Positions 45,503 through 54,483 of a DNA stretch of 64,000 nucleotides are shown here, in pieces (positions within the stretch are counted from its first letter, which is position 1; the number at the start of each line of letters is the position of its first letter). The position numbers and the translations under genes were made by a program. The stretch spans positions 555,678 to 619,677 of the forward strand of contig CAWFKP010000006.1 in assembly GCA_963816425.1 (NCBI GenBank), written 5' to 3'. The notes under the pieces were generated by a model. It was given only the letters and a program-made list of their open reading frames with translations, did no database searches and was not told where the DNA came from. This DNA comes from an uncultured Actinomycetes bacterium. GTDB taxonomy: Bacteria; Actinomycetota; UBA4738; HRBIN12.

Positions 45503-46882
45503 ATGGACGCGCTGTGGCGGCGATCGGCGACCGATCTCTCCCGCGCGCTCCGCGCCGGCGAGGTATCGGCACGCGAGGTGCTGGCGGCGCATCTCGATCG
45601 GATCGCCGAGACCAATCCGGCGATCAACGCCATCGTCACGCTGGTGCCCGAGCGTGCGATGGCGCAGGCACAGGCGGCGGACGAGGCCTTCGCGCGCGGC
45701 GAGCCCACCGGCCTACTGCACGGGCTGCCGATCGCACACAAGGACCTCGCCGACACCGCCGGGATCCGGACGACGTACGGCTCGCCGATCTACGCGGACC
45801 ACGTGCCCGACCGGGACGAGCCGTTCGTGTCCCGTGTCCGCGAGGCGGGCGCCATCCTGCTGGGCAAGACCAACACCCCCGAGTTCGGCGCGGGCTCCCA
45901 CACGTTCAACCCCGTGTTCGGACCGACGCGCAACCCGTGGGATCCGTCCAGGAGCGCCGGCGGCTCCTCGGGCGGCGCCGCGGCGGCCCTGGCGAGCGGG
46001 ATGCTGCCGATCGCCGACGGCAGCGACCTCGGCGGATCCCTGCGCAACCCCGCCGGGTTCTGCAACGTGGTCGGGTTCCGTCCCTCGCTCGGGCTCGTCC
46101 CCTCGGAGCCCGAGCTGGATCCCGAGGATCTCTCCGTGGAGGGACCGATGGCGCGAACGGTCGAGGACGCGGCCCTCCTGTTGTCGGTCATGGCCGGTCG
46201 CCCCGACCTGGCGATGGTGCCGGCGCAGGCGGCGGACCTCGCCGGGCTGCGCGTCGCCTGGGCCCCCGCCTGCGCCGGCGAGATGCCGGTCGAGCCCGAG
46301 GTGGTCTCGATCATCGATGCGGCGCTGCCTCGGTTCGAGCAGCTCGGTTGTCGCGCGGAGCCCGCCTATCCCGACCTGACGGGCGCGCGCGAGGCGTTCT
46401 TCACGCTGCGGGCCGAGGGCTTCGCGACGGACTACGGACCGCTGCTCGCGGATCACCGCGACGAGATCAAGGACACGGTGATCTGGAATATCGAGGCCGG
46501 GCTCATGCTCACCGAGAAGGACACGGCGCGTGCGCGTTCGCTGTTGGCCGATATCCGCCGCCGCGCCGCCGCGTTCTTCGACGATGTCGACGTCCTCGTG
46601 CAGCCCGTGTCGCAGGTGCCGCCGTTCCCGATCGAGATCGAATACCCGACCGAGGTCGCCGGCGTGCCGATGCCGACCTACCTCGATTGGATGGAGTCGT
46701 GCTGGAGCATCACGGTGCTCGGCGGTCCCGCGATCGCGGTCCCGTGCGGGTTCACGGAGGAGGGGCTCCCCGTCGGGGTGCAGATCGTCGGCCGTCCCGG
46801 GGACGACGCCCGCGTGCTCCGCGTCGCGCAGGCGTTCGAGCAGACGGGGTCACGTCCCTCGATCGCGCCGGTCGCGTCATAG
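45503..46882 (+). CDS. amidase (amidase-signature family)
   Basis: ATG 45503 inside ORF 44525-46882. AS signature GGSSGGAAAALASG ... GSDLGGSLRNPA and catalytic K in PIAHKD. Confidence 0.9.
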   Translation: MDALWRRSATDLSRALRAGEVSAREVLAAHLDRIAETNPAINAIVTLVPERAMAQAQAADEAFARGEPTGLLHGLPIAHKDLADTAGIRTTYGSPIYADHVPDRDEPFVSRVREAGAILLGKTNTPEFGAGSHTFNPVFGPTRNPWDPSRSAGGSSGGAAAALASGMLPIADGSDLGGSLRNPAGFCNVVGFRPSLGLVPSEPELDPEDLSVEGPMARTVEDAALLLSVMAGRPDLAMVPAQAADLAGLRVAWAPACAGEMPVEPEVVSIIDAALPRFEQLGCRAEPAYPDLTGAREAFFTLRAEGFATDYGPLLADHRDEIKDTVIWNIEAGLMLTEKDTARARSLLADIRRRAAAFFDDVDVLVQPVSQVPPFPIEIEYPTEVAGVPMPTYLDWMESCWSITVLGGPAIAVPCGFTEEGLPVGVQIVGRPGDDARVLRVAQAFEQTGSRPSIAPVAS

Positions 46883-46918
46883 CGCGCGGCCGCCTATCCT
46901 GCGCCACAGGGGGGGTGG

Positions 46919-47548
46919 ATGTCCGAGAGCTTCGAGCGCCGGCGTGTCGATGTCGCCGCGCTGGTCGCGGGCGGCCTCGTCTTCGCCGTCTGCGCCGCGA
47001 TCGCCCACAACGGACGCGTGGGCTCCGCTGAACGAGCGGTCTTCGAGGCGATCAACGGGTTGCCCTCCTCGTTCGAACAGGTGGGCAACGCGGTGCAGTA
47101 CCTGGGCGTCCTGGCGATCGGACCGGTCGTCGTCGTGGTGGCGCTGCTGCTGCGTCGATGGCGGCTGGCCGCCGCGGCGGCGCTCGTCACCGTGCTGAAG
47201 CTGCTGATCGAGCGCGGCGTCTGGAAGCTCGTCTTCCGGGAGCGTCCCGCGATCACCGAGCCGAACGCGATCGTCCGAGGCTCGACCGCCACGACCGGGG
47301 CGTCGTTCGTGTCCGGCCATGTGATCCTGTCGACCGGGCTGGCGTGGGCGATCACGCCGTACCTACGCGGCTGGTGGCGTGTCGTGCCGTGGGTGGTCGT
47401 GGCCATGATCGCGTTCGCCCGGATCTACCTGGGCGCGCACAACCCGCTCGACGTGCTCGGCGGCCTGGCGCTCGGGCTCGTCGCCGGGGCGACGGCGAAC
47501 CTGATCGTCGGCGTGCCGGTGCGCCGGCCGGTCGCGAGCGAGCCCTAG
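46919..47548 (+). CDS. PAP2-family phosphatase
   Basis: 209 aa, membrane protein. Motifs KLVFRERP, SFVSGH and RIYLGAHNPLDV (KxxxxxxRP / SGH / SRxxxxxHxxxD). Confidence 0.8.
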   Translation: MSESFERRRVDVAALVAGGLVFAVCAAIAHNGRVGSAERAVFEAINGLPSSFEQVGNAVQYLGVLAIGPVVVVVALLLRRWRLAAAAALVTVLKLLIERGVWKLVFRERPAITEPNAIVRGSTATTGASFVSGHVILSTGLAWAITPYLRGWWRVVPWVVVAMIAFARIYLGAHNPLDVLGGLALGLVAGATANLIVGVPVRRPVASEP

Positions 47549-47593
47549 CGGAGACGCCTCGAACCGGCCTGCGGCGTCGCCTATCGTTGGCGC

Positions 47594-48025
47594 ATGACGG
47601 TGAACGGTCCGCTGCGGGTCACGCGCTCCGTGCTGATCCCCGAGCGCGAGCTGCGCTGGCGTTTCAGCCGTTCGTCGGGGCCGGGCGGGCAGTCGGTCAA
47701 TACCGCCGACTCCCGGGTGGAGCTGAGCCTCGACATCGGACGCACGACCGCGCTCGGGCCCGTCCAGCGCGCCCGCGCGCTCGAACGCCTGCGGGGCCGG
47801 TTGGTCGACGGGGTGCTCACGGTCCGCGCGTCCGCGCAACGCTCGCAGCTGCAGAACCGGGAGGCGGCGCGGGAGCGGCTCGTTGCGGTCCTCGCGAAGG
47901 CGATCGCCCCCCCGCCGCCGGCGCGGCGACCGACGAAGCCCAGCAAGGCGGCGACGGAACGTCGCATCGCCGCGAAGAAGCGCCGCGCCCGGACCAAGCT
48001 CCTGCGTCGCGCCGACGAGGACTGA
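47594..48025 (+). CDS. arfB: alternative ribosome-rescue factor ArfB (peptidyl-tRNA hydrolase, GGQ)
   Basis: 143 aa with SSGPGGQSVNT and a basic C-terminal tail KPSKAATERRIAAKKRRARTKLLR. Confidence 0.85.
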   Translation: MTVNGPLRVTRSVLIPERELRWRFSRSSGPGGQSVNTADSRVELSLDIGRTTALGPVQRARALERLRGRLVDGVLTVRASAQRSQLQNREAARERLVAVLAKAIAPPPPARRPTKPSKAATERRIAAKKRRARTKLLRRADED

Positions 48026-48028
48026 GCG

Positions 48029-48562
48029 TCACTCCGGGGTGTCGAGCACCTGCTCGAGCAGCCGTGCGGTGTCGGCCGCCCACGTTTGCGCGCGGGCCTC
48101 CTCACCCGCCACCAGCTCGTTGTCTTTCGTCACGAAGAAGCTCTCGGGCTCCGAGGCGATCTGGAACCCGCGGTCCTCGAGCCAGCTCGTGATGTGCTTG
48201 GCGGCGCTCCCCGTGAACAGGGCCGGCCCGTGCAGGCGAGTGTCGAACGCAGCCGCGGGGCGCGCCGCACCCTCCGGGATGTCGTGCAGCCACTGCCGGA
48301 GCCCGGGCTCCGGCGCGGGTTGGTCGAAGGTGTTCTCCTCGTCGCTCCGCGCGGTGTCCCTCGTCGCTTCGTGGCTCATCCCGTGGGCGTGCGTGGGCCC
48401 GCCGACGATCAACAGGTCGGCGTCGACGACCTGCTCGACCGCCAGCTGCTGAAACGGCACGACGCGGACCGTCATGTCGGCTTCGGTCAGCCCGCGGCCG
48501 ATCGCCTCGGCGATCTTGGCGGTGTTGCCGTACATCGACTCGTACACCACGAAGGCCTGCAT
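48029..48562 (-). CDS. flavodoxin-fold protein
   Basis: ATG 48562. MQAFVVYESMYGNTAKIAEAI N-terminus and LLIVGGPTH are typical of flavodoxin-like proteins. Confidence 0.7.
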   Translation of the reverse strand: MQAFVVYESMYGNTAKIAEAIGRGLTEADMTVRVVPFQQLAVEQVVDADLLIVGGPTHAHGMSHEATRDTARSDEENTFDQPAPEPGLRQWLHDIPEGAARPAAAFDTRLHGPALFTGSAAKHITSWLEDRGFQIASEPESFFVTKDNELVAGEEARAQTWAADTARLLEQVLDTPE

Positions 48563-48729
48563 GCCGCTCGCCTCCCCATCGTTCGGTCGCACTCACACAT
48601 TGACCGTATCGCCGATGGGTCGCGCCTGCCATGCGCCCGCCGGATATCGGCACCATCGACCCGTTGCGCTGCGCCGGATCTCACCCGGGATAGGCTTGCG
48701 GCGGTTCGGTCGTCCGCAAAGGGGGCTGC

Positions 48730-49256
48730 ATGCTCGCGTCATCGACGTTCTTCCTGGCGTTCCGGTTCGTCCACATCATCGCGGGGGCACTGTGGTTCGG
48801 CTCGGCGTTCCTGTTCAGCTTGTTCTCGGGCCCGCCGCGGCGAAGGTCGGGCCGGCATCGGCGCCGGTCATGCACGTCGCGGTCAAGGAACGCAAGGTGG
48901 CGAAGGTCATCACGGGGTTGGCGATCACCGCCGTCTCCGCCGGCTGGATCATGTGGCTGTATCACGCGAACCAGGCGGGTCTGCAGGCGTGGTGGGACCT
49001 CACCGAGGCCAAGGTGCTGCTGCTGGGCGGCGTGCTCGCGACGATCGCGATGTTCGAGGGGCTGCATGGGGTCGGGAACAACGTGGAGAAGTTGGTTGAC
49101 CTCGGCGACGAGGTGGCCGGCTCCGGCGGGCCGCCGAGTCCCGAGCAGGCCGCGGTCATGCAGCGGTTGGGTGCTGCGATCGAGCGGTCGTCGAAGATCG
49201 ACCTGGCGTTGCTGTTCCTTGCGGTCGCCTGCATGGCGACCGCGCGCTACTGGTAG
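48730..49256 (+). pseudogene. 4-TM membrane protein, frame broken at GGGCCC ~48826-48836
   Basis: The N-terminus MLASSTFFLAFRFVHIIAGALWFGSAFLFSLFSG is in the 48730 frame. The sequence continues as PAAAKVGPASAPVMHVAVKERKVAKVITGLAITAVSAGWIMW... in the 48474-49256 frame. Confidence 0.5.
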
Positions 49257-49269
49257 GGGTCTGGACGAG

Positions 49270-49298
49270 GAGGGCCGGGCGCGAAGCGCCCGGCCCTC
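49270..49298. terminator. 13-bp perfect GC-rich hairpin between convergent genes (bidirectional terminator candidate)
   Basis: GAGGGCCGGGCGC-gaa-GCGCCCGGCCCTC read directly. It lies between stop 49256 (+) and stop 49316 (-). Confidence 0.55.
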
Positions 49299-49315
49299 GG
49301 TGCTGCACGTACGCC

Positions 49316-49920
49316 TTAGCCGACGATGAACGTGCCGTTCATCGTCGGGTGCACGTCGCACTGGAAGCGGTAGGTCCCCGCATCGAGCGCCGGCACCTGG
49401 TAGGTCGTGTCGGCAACACCCGTCACGAGGTCGCCGGTGAACACGGCCTTTGCGCCGTCTCCCTCGGGGTAGATCGCCACGTTGTGGGGCACGCTCGCAT
49501 CCTGATTGTCGAACGCGATCGTGAACGCGGTGCCCGCGGGCGCCGCCAGGCATTCCGTGTCGAACGCGATCGAGGACGCCGTGACCGACAGATCGGCTGC
49601 CATCGGACGCGCATGTGGCCGGCTCCGCCGATGCCGACGGGCTCGGGTACCCACCCGTTCCACCGTGAAGAGGTCGGCTTCGTCTTTCCAGGGCCGCCGA
49701 TCGCATAGACGCCGTCGGCGAAGGTCACGGTCGCCACCCCGTTTGTGCCGATGTCGGACTGCATGTTGTTCAACCCCCCGAGGAACGCGGCGGGTGGCGG
49801 TCCGGCATAGATGCTGTTGAACCACGCGTTGACGTCCTGCACCACCTGGTCGATGGGCGCGTCTCGAGTACTCGGGGCACCCGCATCCAGAGGGTACGAG
49901 CACGCATATGGCGGGAGTGG
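49316..49920 (-). pseudogene. cupredoxin (plastocyanin/azurin-like) domain protein, at least one frame break ~49604-49635, N-terminus unresolved
   Basis: C-terminal 95 aa are a type-1 copper fold: HNVAIY ... YRFQCDVHPTMNGTFIV gives H, C, H, M ligands. The preceding protein-like segment VVQDVNAWFNSIYAGPPPAAFLGG ... PEPVGIGGAGH lies in ORF 49423-49845, which is a different frame. Confidence 0.6.
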
Positions 49921-50142
49921 TCACCTCCCGACGCGGGAGGAACCGTCGGAGAGGGCACGGCGATCGACGGCCTGCGAGAACCGGTACACTGCTGGGGTCG
50001 CGCCGAACGGTTGAGGTTCGGTGCCGCACCTCCCACTCACCGATATCGAGGCCCCTGCCCGATATCCGGCGCACCCGCCTCAGCCACGCGGCACGCGTCG
50101 AACGATGACGCTCGCATTCGAGCAGAAGGCGGTATCCCCACC

Positions 50143-51375
50143 ATGACCAGTACGACCACGCGTGCTTCGCGCACGCCCGAACACGACGGCGACAAGCCGA
50201 TGTTCATCGACCTCGGCGTCTCCAAGCCGGTGGCCGACGCGTTGGCGATGCGCGGCATCCCCAGCGCCTTCCCGATCCAGGCGCTCGTGCTGCGCGACGC
50301 GATGGCGGGCCGCGATATCCAGGCGCGCTCCCGGACCGGCAGCGGCAAGACCCTGGCATTCGCGATCCCGATCGTGGAGCGCCTGGAGCACTCCGGCCGT
50401 TCACCGCAGGCATTGATCCTCGCGCCGACGCGTGAGCTCGCGAGCCAGGTAACCGAGGAGTTCCGCGCGATCGCGGACGTGAAACAGCTCGAGATCGCGG
50501 CGGTGTACGGGGGTGTCGGCATCGGACCCCAAGCCAAGCGCGCCCGTCATGCCGACGTGTTGATCGCCACCCCGGGCCGGCTGCTCGACCTCGTCGAGCG
50601 CAAGATGATCCGCCTGGATCGCGTGCGGATCGCGGTGCTGGATGAGGCGGACCGGATGCTCGACATGGGGTTCCTGCCCGATGTGCGTCGCATCCTGGCG
50701 CTCCTGCGCGAGGACCGGCAGACGATGCTGTTCTCGGCGACGCTGGAGGGCGAGATCGCCAAGCTCGCGGAGGGCTCGACCCGCAACGCCGTCACCCACA
50801 AGATCAAAGAGGACCGCCCGACCGTGTCCGAGGCGACCCATCGGTTCATCGGCGTGGCGCACACCGACAAGTTCTCGACCCTGGTCCGCGAGCTCGCGGC
50901 CGATCGAGGCCTGACGCTGATCTTCACGCGCACGAAGCGCGGCGCCGACAAGCTCGCGCGCAACCTGAAGAAGGAAGGCTTCCGCGCGGGCGCGCTCCAC
51001 GGCGACATGAACCAAGGGCAGCGCGAACGAGCCCTCGGTCACTTCGCAGCCGGTCGAAGCGACGTGCTCGTGGCGACCGACGTCGCTGCGCGCGGACTCG
51101 ACCTGGAGCACATCAGCCACGTGATCAACTTCGATCCGCCCGGCGACGACAAGACCTACGTGCACCGCGTCGGGCGCACCGCACGCGCGGGCCGCAGCGG
51201 CACGGGGATCACGTTCGTCACGCCCGAGCAGCGGCGCGACGTCGCGCTGATGGCCAAGGCGTTGAAGCTCGACACGGAGTTCGCGCACGCGGGGCTCGCC
51301 CCGCGGCCCGTGCCGGCGCGGCCGAACACCCGGGATCGCAACCGCTCCCGGGCGCGGCAGCGTCCGCGGGGCTAG
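50143..51375 (+). CDS. DEAD-box ATP-dependent RNA helicase
   Basis: Q-motif FPIQ, SRTGSGKT, DEAD, SAT, HRVGRTARAG and a basic C-terminal tail. ATG 50143 lies inside ORF 50011-51375. Confidence 0.9.
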   Translation: MTSTTTRASRTPEHDGDKPMFIDLGVSKPVADALAMRGIPSAFPIQALVLRDAMAGRDIQARSRTGSGKTLAFAIPIVERLEHSGRSPQALILAPTRELASQVTEEFRAIADVKQLEIAAVYGGVGIGPQAKRARHADVLIATPGRLLDLVERKMIRLDRVRIAVLDEADRMLDMGFLPDVRRILALLREDRQTMLFSATLEGEIAKLAEGSTRNAVTHKIKEDRPTVSEATHRFIGVAHTDKFSTLVRELAADRGLTLIFTRTKRGADKLARNLKKEGFRAGALHGDMNQGQRERALGHFAAGRSDVLVATDVAARGLDLEHISHVINFDPPGDDKTYVHRVGRTARAGRSGTGITFVTPEQRRDVALMAKALKLDTEFAHAGLAPRPVPARPNTRDRNRSRARQRPRG

Positions 51376-51488
51376 ACCGAGCCGGTCTTCTTCCCCTTCT
51401 TCGCCGCCTTGGCCGCGCGCTTCTCCTTGAGGGTCTTGCTCGCGGCCGTCTTGCTGCTCTTGCTGCCGCCCTTGTCCTTGTTCGCCAT
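51372..51488 (-). CDS. 38-aa lysine-rich micro-protein (not in ORF track)
   Basis: GGAAGGAG lies 7 nt upstream of ATG 51488. Translation is MANKDKGGSKSSKTAASKTLKEKRAAKAAKKGKKTGSV. Its TAG and the helicase TAG share one CTAG. GC3 is high. Confidence 0.5.
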   Translation of the reverse strand: MANKDKGGSKSSKTAASKTLKEKRAAKAAKKGKKTGSV

Positions 51489-51576
51489 CGAGAGGCTCCT
51501 TCCGACGTCCGGTCGACGATGAGGCTCCACCCTACGCCTTCTCGGTGATGCGGAGGAGACCCACGACGTCGCTAGT

Positions 51577-52335
51577 GTGAGCGGCGTGGAGCCGACGTTC
51601 GACGAGCGTGCCGAGTGGTTCGACCGGCACTACGCGACGACCCGCGGCCGGGTGCGCCTCGCCCTGCTGCTGGAGCGGCTCGACGACACGCTGCCGGCGC
51701 CGCCCGCCCGGATCCTCGACGCGGGCGGGGGGTCGGGGGCCGTCGCGGTCCCGCTCGCCGAACGCGGATACGCGGTCACGATCCTCGAGCCCTCCGAGGG
51801 CATGCGGCGTGTCGCGAGCGAACGACTCGCGGCGACCGGGCTCGACGTCGGCATCGTCGCCGGCTCGATCGAGGACGCGCCCTCGCGCGCGCCCGGACCG
51901 TTCGACGCCGTCTGCGCTCACGCGGTCCTGCTGTACACCGACGATCCGGTCCGCGAGCTGCGGCGCCTGCGCTCGGTCACTCGTGATGACGGCATCCTGT
52001 CGCTCCTGGAGAAGAACCGCGACGCGCTCTCGATGCGTCCGGGTCTCTCGGGCGCGTTCGAGGAGGCCCGCCGCGTCCTGGACGATCCCGTCGCCGCCGG
52101 CAACCTCGGCATCCGTAACCGGTCGTGGTCGGTGCGGGAGTGGGAACGCATGCTCGCCGCCTCCGGCTGGCGTCTCGACTCGTGGGCTGGGGTGCGGCTG
52201 TTCTCCGACGGTGCGGCGGACGATCTCTCCCCGGACGCGTTCGACGCGCTGCTGGCGCTCGAGCGCGATGCCGGTCGGCGCGACCCGTACCGAGCGGTGT
52301 CGCGGCTGGTGCATCTCAGCGCGACCGCGGTCTAG
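51577..52335 (+). CDS. class I SAM-dependent methyltransferase
   Basis: 252 aa from GTG 51577. SAM motif I ILDAGGGSGAVAVPLA and post-I/II spacing typical of the Methyltransf_11/25 type. Confidence 0.75.
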   Translation: MSGVEPTFDERAEWFDRHYATTRGRVRLALLLERLDDTLPAPPARILDAGGGSGAVAVPLAERGYAVTILEPSEGMRRVASERLAATGLDVGIVAGSIEDAPSRAPGPFDAVCAHAVLLYTDDPVRELRRLRSVTRDDGILSLLEKNRDALSMRPGLSGAFEEARRVLDDPVAAGNLGIRNRSWSVREWERMLAASGWRLDSWAGVRLFSDGAADDLSPDAFDALLALERDAGRRDPYRAVSRLVHLSATAV

Positions 52336-53750
52336 CCCTCGGTCGGGATCCTCACCTCGAACGTCGCACCCGTGTCGGTGGGCAGGAGCGCCACCGTGCC
52401 GCCGTGCGCCTCGACGATCGCGGCCACGATCGACAGTCCGAGGCCGGCGCCGCCGGTCGCCCGCGAGCGCGCCGGATCGCCGCGGTAGAAGCGCTCGAAC
52501 GCGCGCGCGGCCGTATCGGCATCCATGCCGGGACCGTCGTCTGCCACGGTGAGCACCACGTCGCCGCCGTCGACGCCGACCCGGACGCGGGTCGGCGTGC
52601 CGTCCGGGACATGCACGCGGGCGTTCTCCAGGAGGTTGTCGAGCACCTGCCGCAGCCGACCCGCATCACCGGACAGGACCGCCGGCGCCTCCGCCTCGAG
52701 CTCGATCCGTCGCGCGGGGTCGATCGCGCGCGCGGCATCGACCGCGTCGGCGGCCACCTGCGCGAGGTCGACCGGCTCCCGGGCGAGCGGGCGGCCCTGA
52801 TCCAGACGGGCGAGCAACAGCAGGTCGTCGACGAGGACGCCCATGCGTTCGGCCTCCGCCTCGATCCGCGCCATCGAGGTCGCGAGATCCTCCGGGCGCG
52901 TGTCCGCACCGCGGCGGAACAGCTCGGCGTACCCGCGGATCGACGTCAGCGGCGTTCGCAGCTCGTGCGACGCGTCGGCGATGAAGCGCCGCAGCCGCGC
53001 CTCCGAGGCTCGGCGTTCCTCGAAGGCCACTTCGATCTGCGCGAGCATCGCGTTGAGCGAGGTCCCGAGCCGCCCGACCTCCGTGCGATCGTCGGCCGGC
53101 TCGACCCGGCGCGAGAGGTCGCCGGCCGCGATCGCCCCGGCGGTGGCACCGATCCCTTCGAGCGGTCGCAGTCCCACCCGCACCAGCCACCATGCCAGCC
53201 CCGCCACCAGGACGATCACGGCGATGGTCACCAAGAGCTCGATCCCGAGGAGTCGACGAAGCGTCGCCTGCATCTCGGTGAGGGGGATCGCGACGACGAG
53301 CGTGCCGCGGTCCGGCAGGGGACCGGTCGCCTGTACCCGGTAGTCGATCCCGTCGCTCGAGCTGGCGGTGAACACGCTCGTGCCCGTGCCGTCGGCGGTC
53401 GAGCCCGGCAGTCCCGAAGGCAACGTCGGGGGTGTGGGCGACACCGCGCCGTGATAGTCGAAGAAGGTGGCGCGCACGACGGTCCCGGCCGCGTCCAACA
53501 ACGCCGCGTACGTGCCCGACGGCGGCCCGATGTCACCGGGCGGCCCCTGCGACCCTTCGAACGGACCGCCCGGGCCGTCCTGTCGGAAGGCGTCGATCGC
53601 GAACTGCTGCGCCTGCTGGAGTTGCTCGTCGACGCGTTGGCTCAGCGACGTCGCGAGGGCGCGGTAGGTGACGACATCAGACACCAGCAGACCGATCGCG
53701 ACCAACCCGACGGTGACGATCAACAACCGCGCGCGCAGCGACATCGTCAC
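52332..53750 (-). CDS. sensor histidine kinase (HAMP-HisKA-HATPase, MprB/PhoR-like)
   Basis: 472 aa with two TM segments, H-box ASHELRTPLT, N-box LDNLLENA, and G-boxes DDGPGM and GGAGLGLSIV. GTGA overlap with the regulator gene. Confidence 0.85.
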   Translation of the reverse strand: MTMSLRARLLIVTVGLVAIGLLVSDVVTYRALATSLSQRVDEQLQQAQQFAIDAFRQDGPGGPFEGSQGPPGDIGPPSGTYAALLDAAGTVVRATFFDYHGAVSPTPPTLPSGLPGSTADGTGTSVFTASSSDGIDYRVQATGPLPDRGTLVVAIPLTEMQATLRRLLGIELLVTIAVIVLVAGLAWWLVRVGLRPLEGIGATAGAIAAGDLSRRVEPADDRTEVGRLGTSLNAMLAQIEVAFEERRASEARLRRFIADASHELRTPLTSIRGYAELFRRGADTRPEDLATSMARIEAEAERMGVLVDDLLLLARLDQGRPLAREPVDLAQVAADAVDAARAIDPARRIELEAEAPAVLSGDAGRLRQVLDNLLENARVHVPDGTPTRVRVGVDGGDVVLTVADDGPGMDADTAARAFERFYRGDPARSRATGGAGLGLSIVAAIVEAHGGTVALLPTDTGATFEVRIPTEG

Positions 53751-54481
53751 TCCTTTGGAAGCCGCAGCACATAGCCGACGCCGCGCACCGTGTGCAGCAG
53801 CCGGGGACCCTGCGTCTCGAGCTTCTTGCGCAGGTACGACATGTACGTCTCGACGATCGACGCGTCGCCGCCGAAGTCGTAATGCCAGACGTGGTCGAGG
53901 ATCTGCTCCTTGGACAGCACACGGCGGGGGTTCAGCAAGAAGTACCGCAAGAGGGCGAACTCGGTCGGCGTGAGGTCGACGGGTCGACCGGCCCGGTAGA
54001 CCTCGTGGGCTTCCTCGTCCATCTCGAGGTCCTCGAACACGAGTCGCTCGCTCGTCCGGGCGGCTCCCTCGGCCCGGCGCAGGACCGCACGGATGCGGGC
54101 AACCAGCTCTTCCAGGCTGAAGGGCTTCGTGACGTAGTCGTCGCCGCCGAGGGTCAGTCCGCGGACCTTGTCCTCGGTGGCGTCCCGGGCGGTGAGGAAC
54201 AACACCGGCACGCGGACGCCGCGATCGCCGAGTCGTCGCTGGACCTCGAACCCATCGAGGTCGGGCAGCATCACGTCGAGCACGACCAGATCGGGCCGGA
54301 ACGACTCGACGGCCTCGAGCGCGGCGCGACCGTCGCCGGCGGTCACCGTCTCGAAGCCCTCGTACCGCAGCGCCGTCGCGACCAGGTCGGCGATCGCCGC
54401 CTCGTCGTCGACGACGAGCACGCGCACGCCGACGGGGCCCGGCGCGTTCGCGCCGGGCCCCGTCTCGGTCGATCCGGTCAC
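53747..54481 (-). CDS. OmpR-family response regulator
   Basis: GTG 54481 is preceded by AGGAG. Receiver domain VLVVDDE ... DLVVLDVMLPDLDG ... DDYVTKPF, and winged helix LTPTEFALLRYF ... VRGVGYVLR. Confidence 0.9.
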   Translation of the reverse strand: MTGSTETGPGANAPGPVGVRVLVVDDEAAIADLVATALRYEGFETVTAGDGRAALEAVESFRPDLVVLDVMLPDLDGFEVQRRLGDRGVRVPVLFLTARDATEDKVRGLTLGGDDYVTKPFSLEELVARIRAVLRRAEGAARTSERLVFEDLEMDEEAHEVYRAGRPVDLTPTEFALLRYFLLNPRRVLSKEQILDHVWHYDFGGDASIVETYMSYLRKKLETQGPRLLHTVRGVGYVLRLPKE

Positions 54482-54483
54482 GC

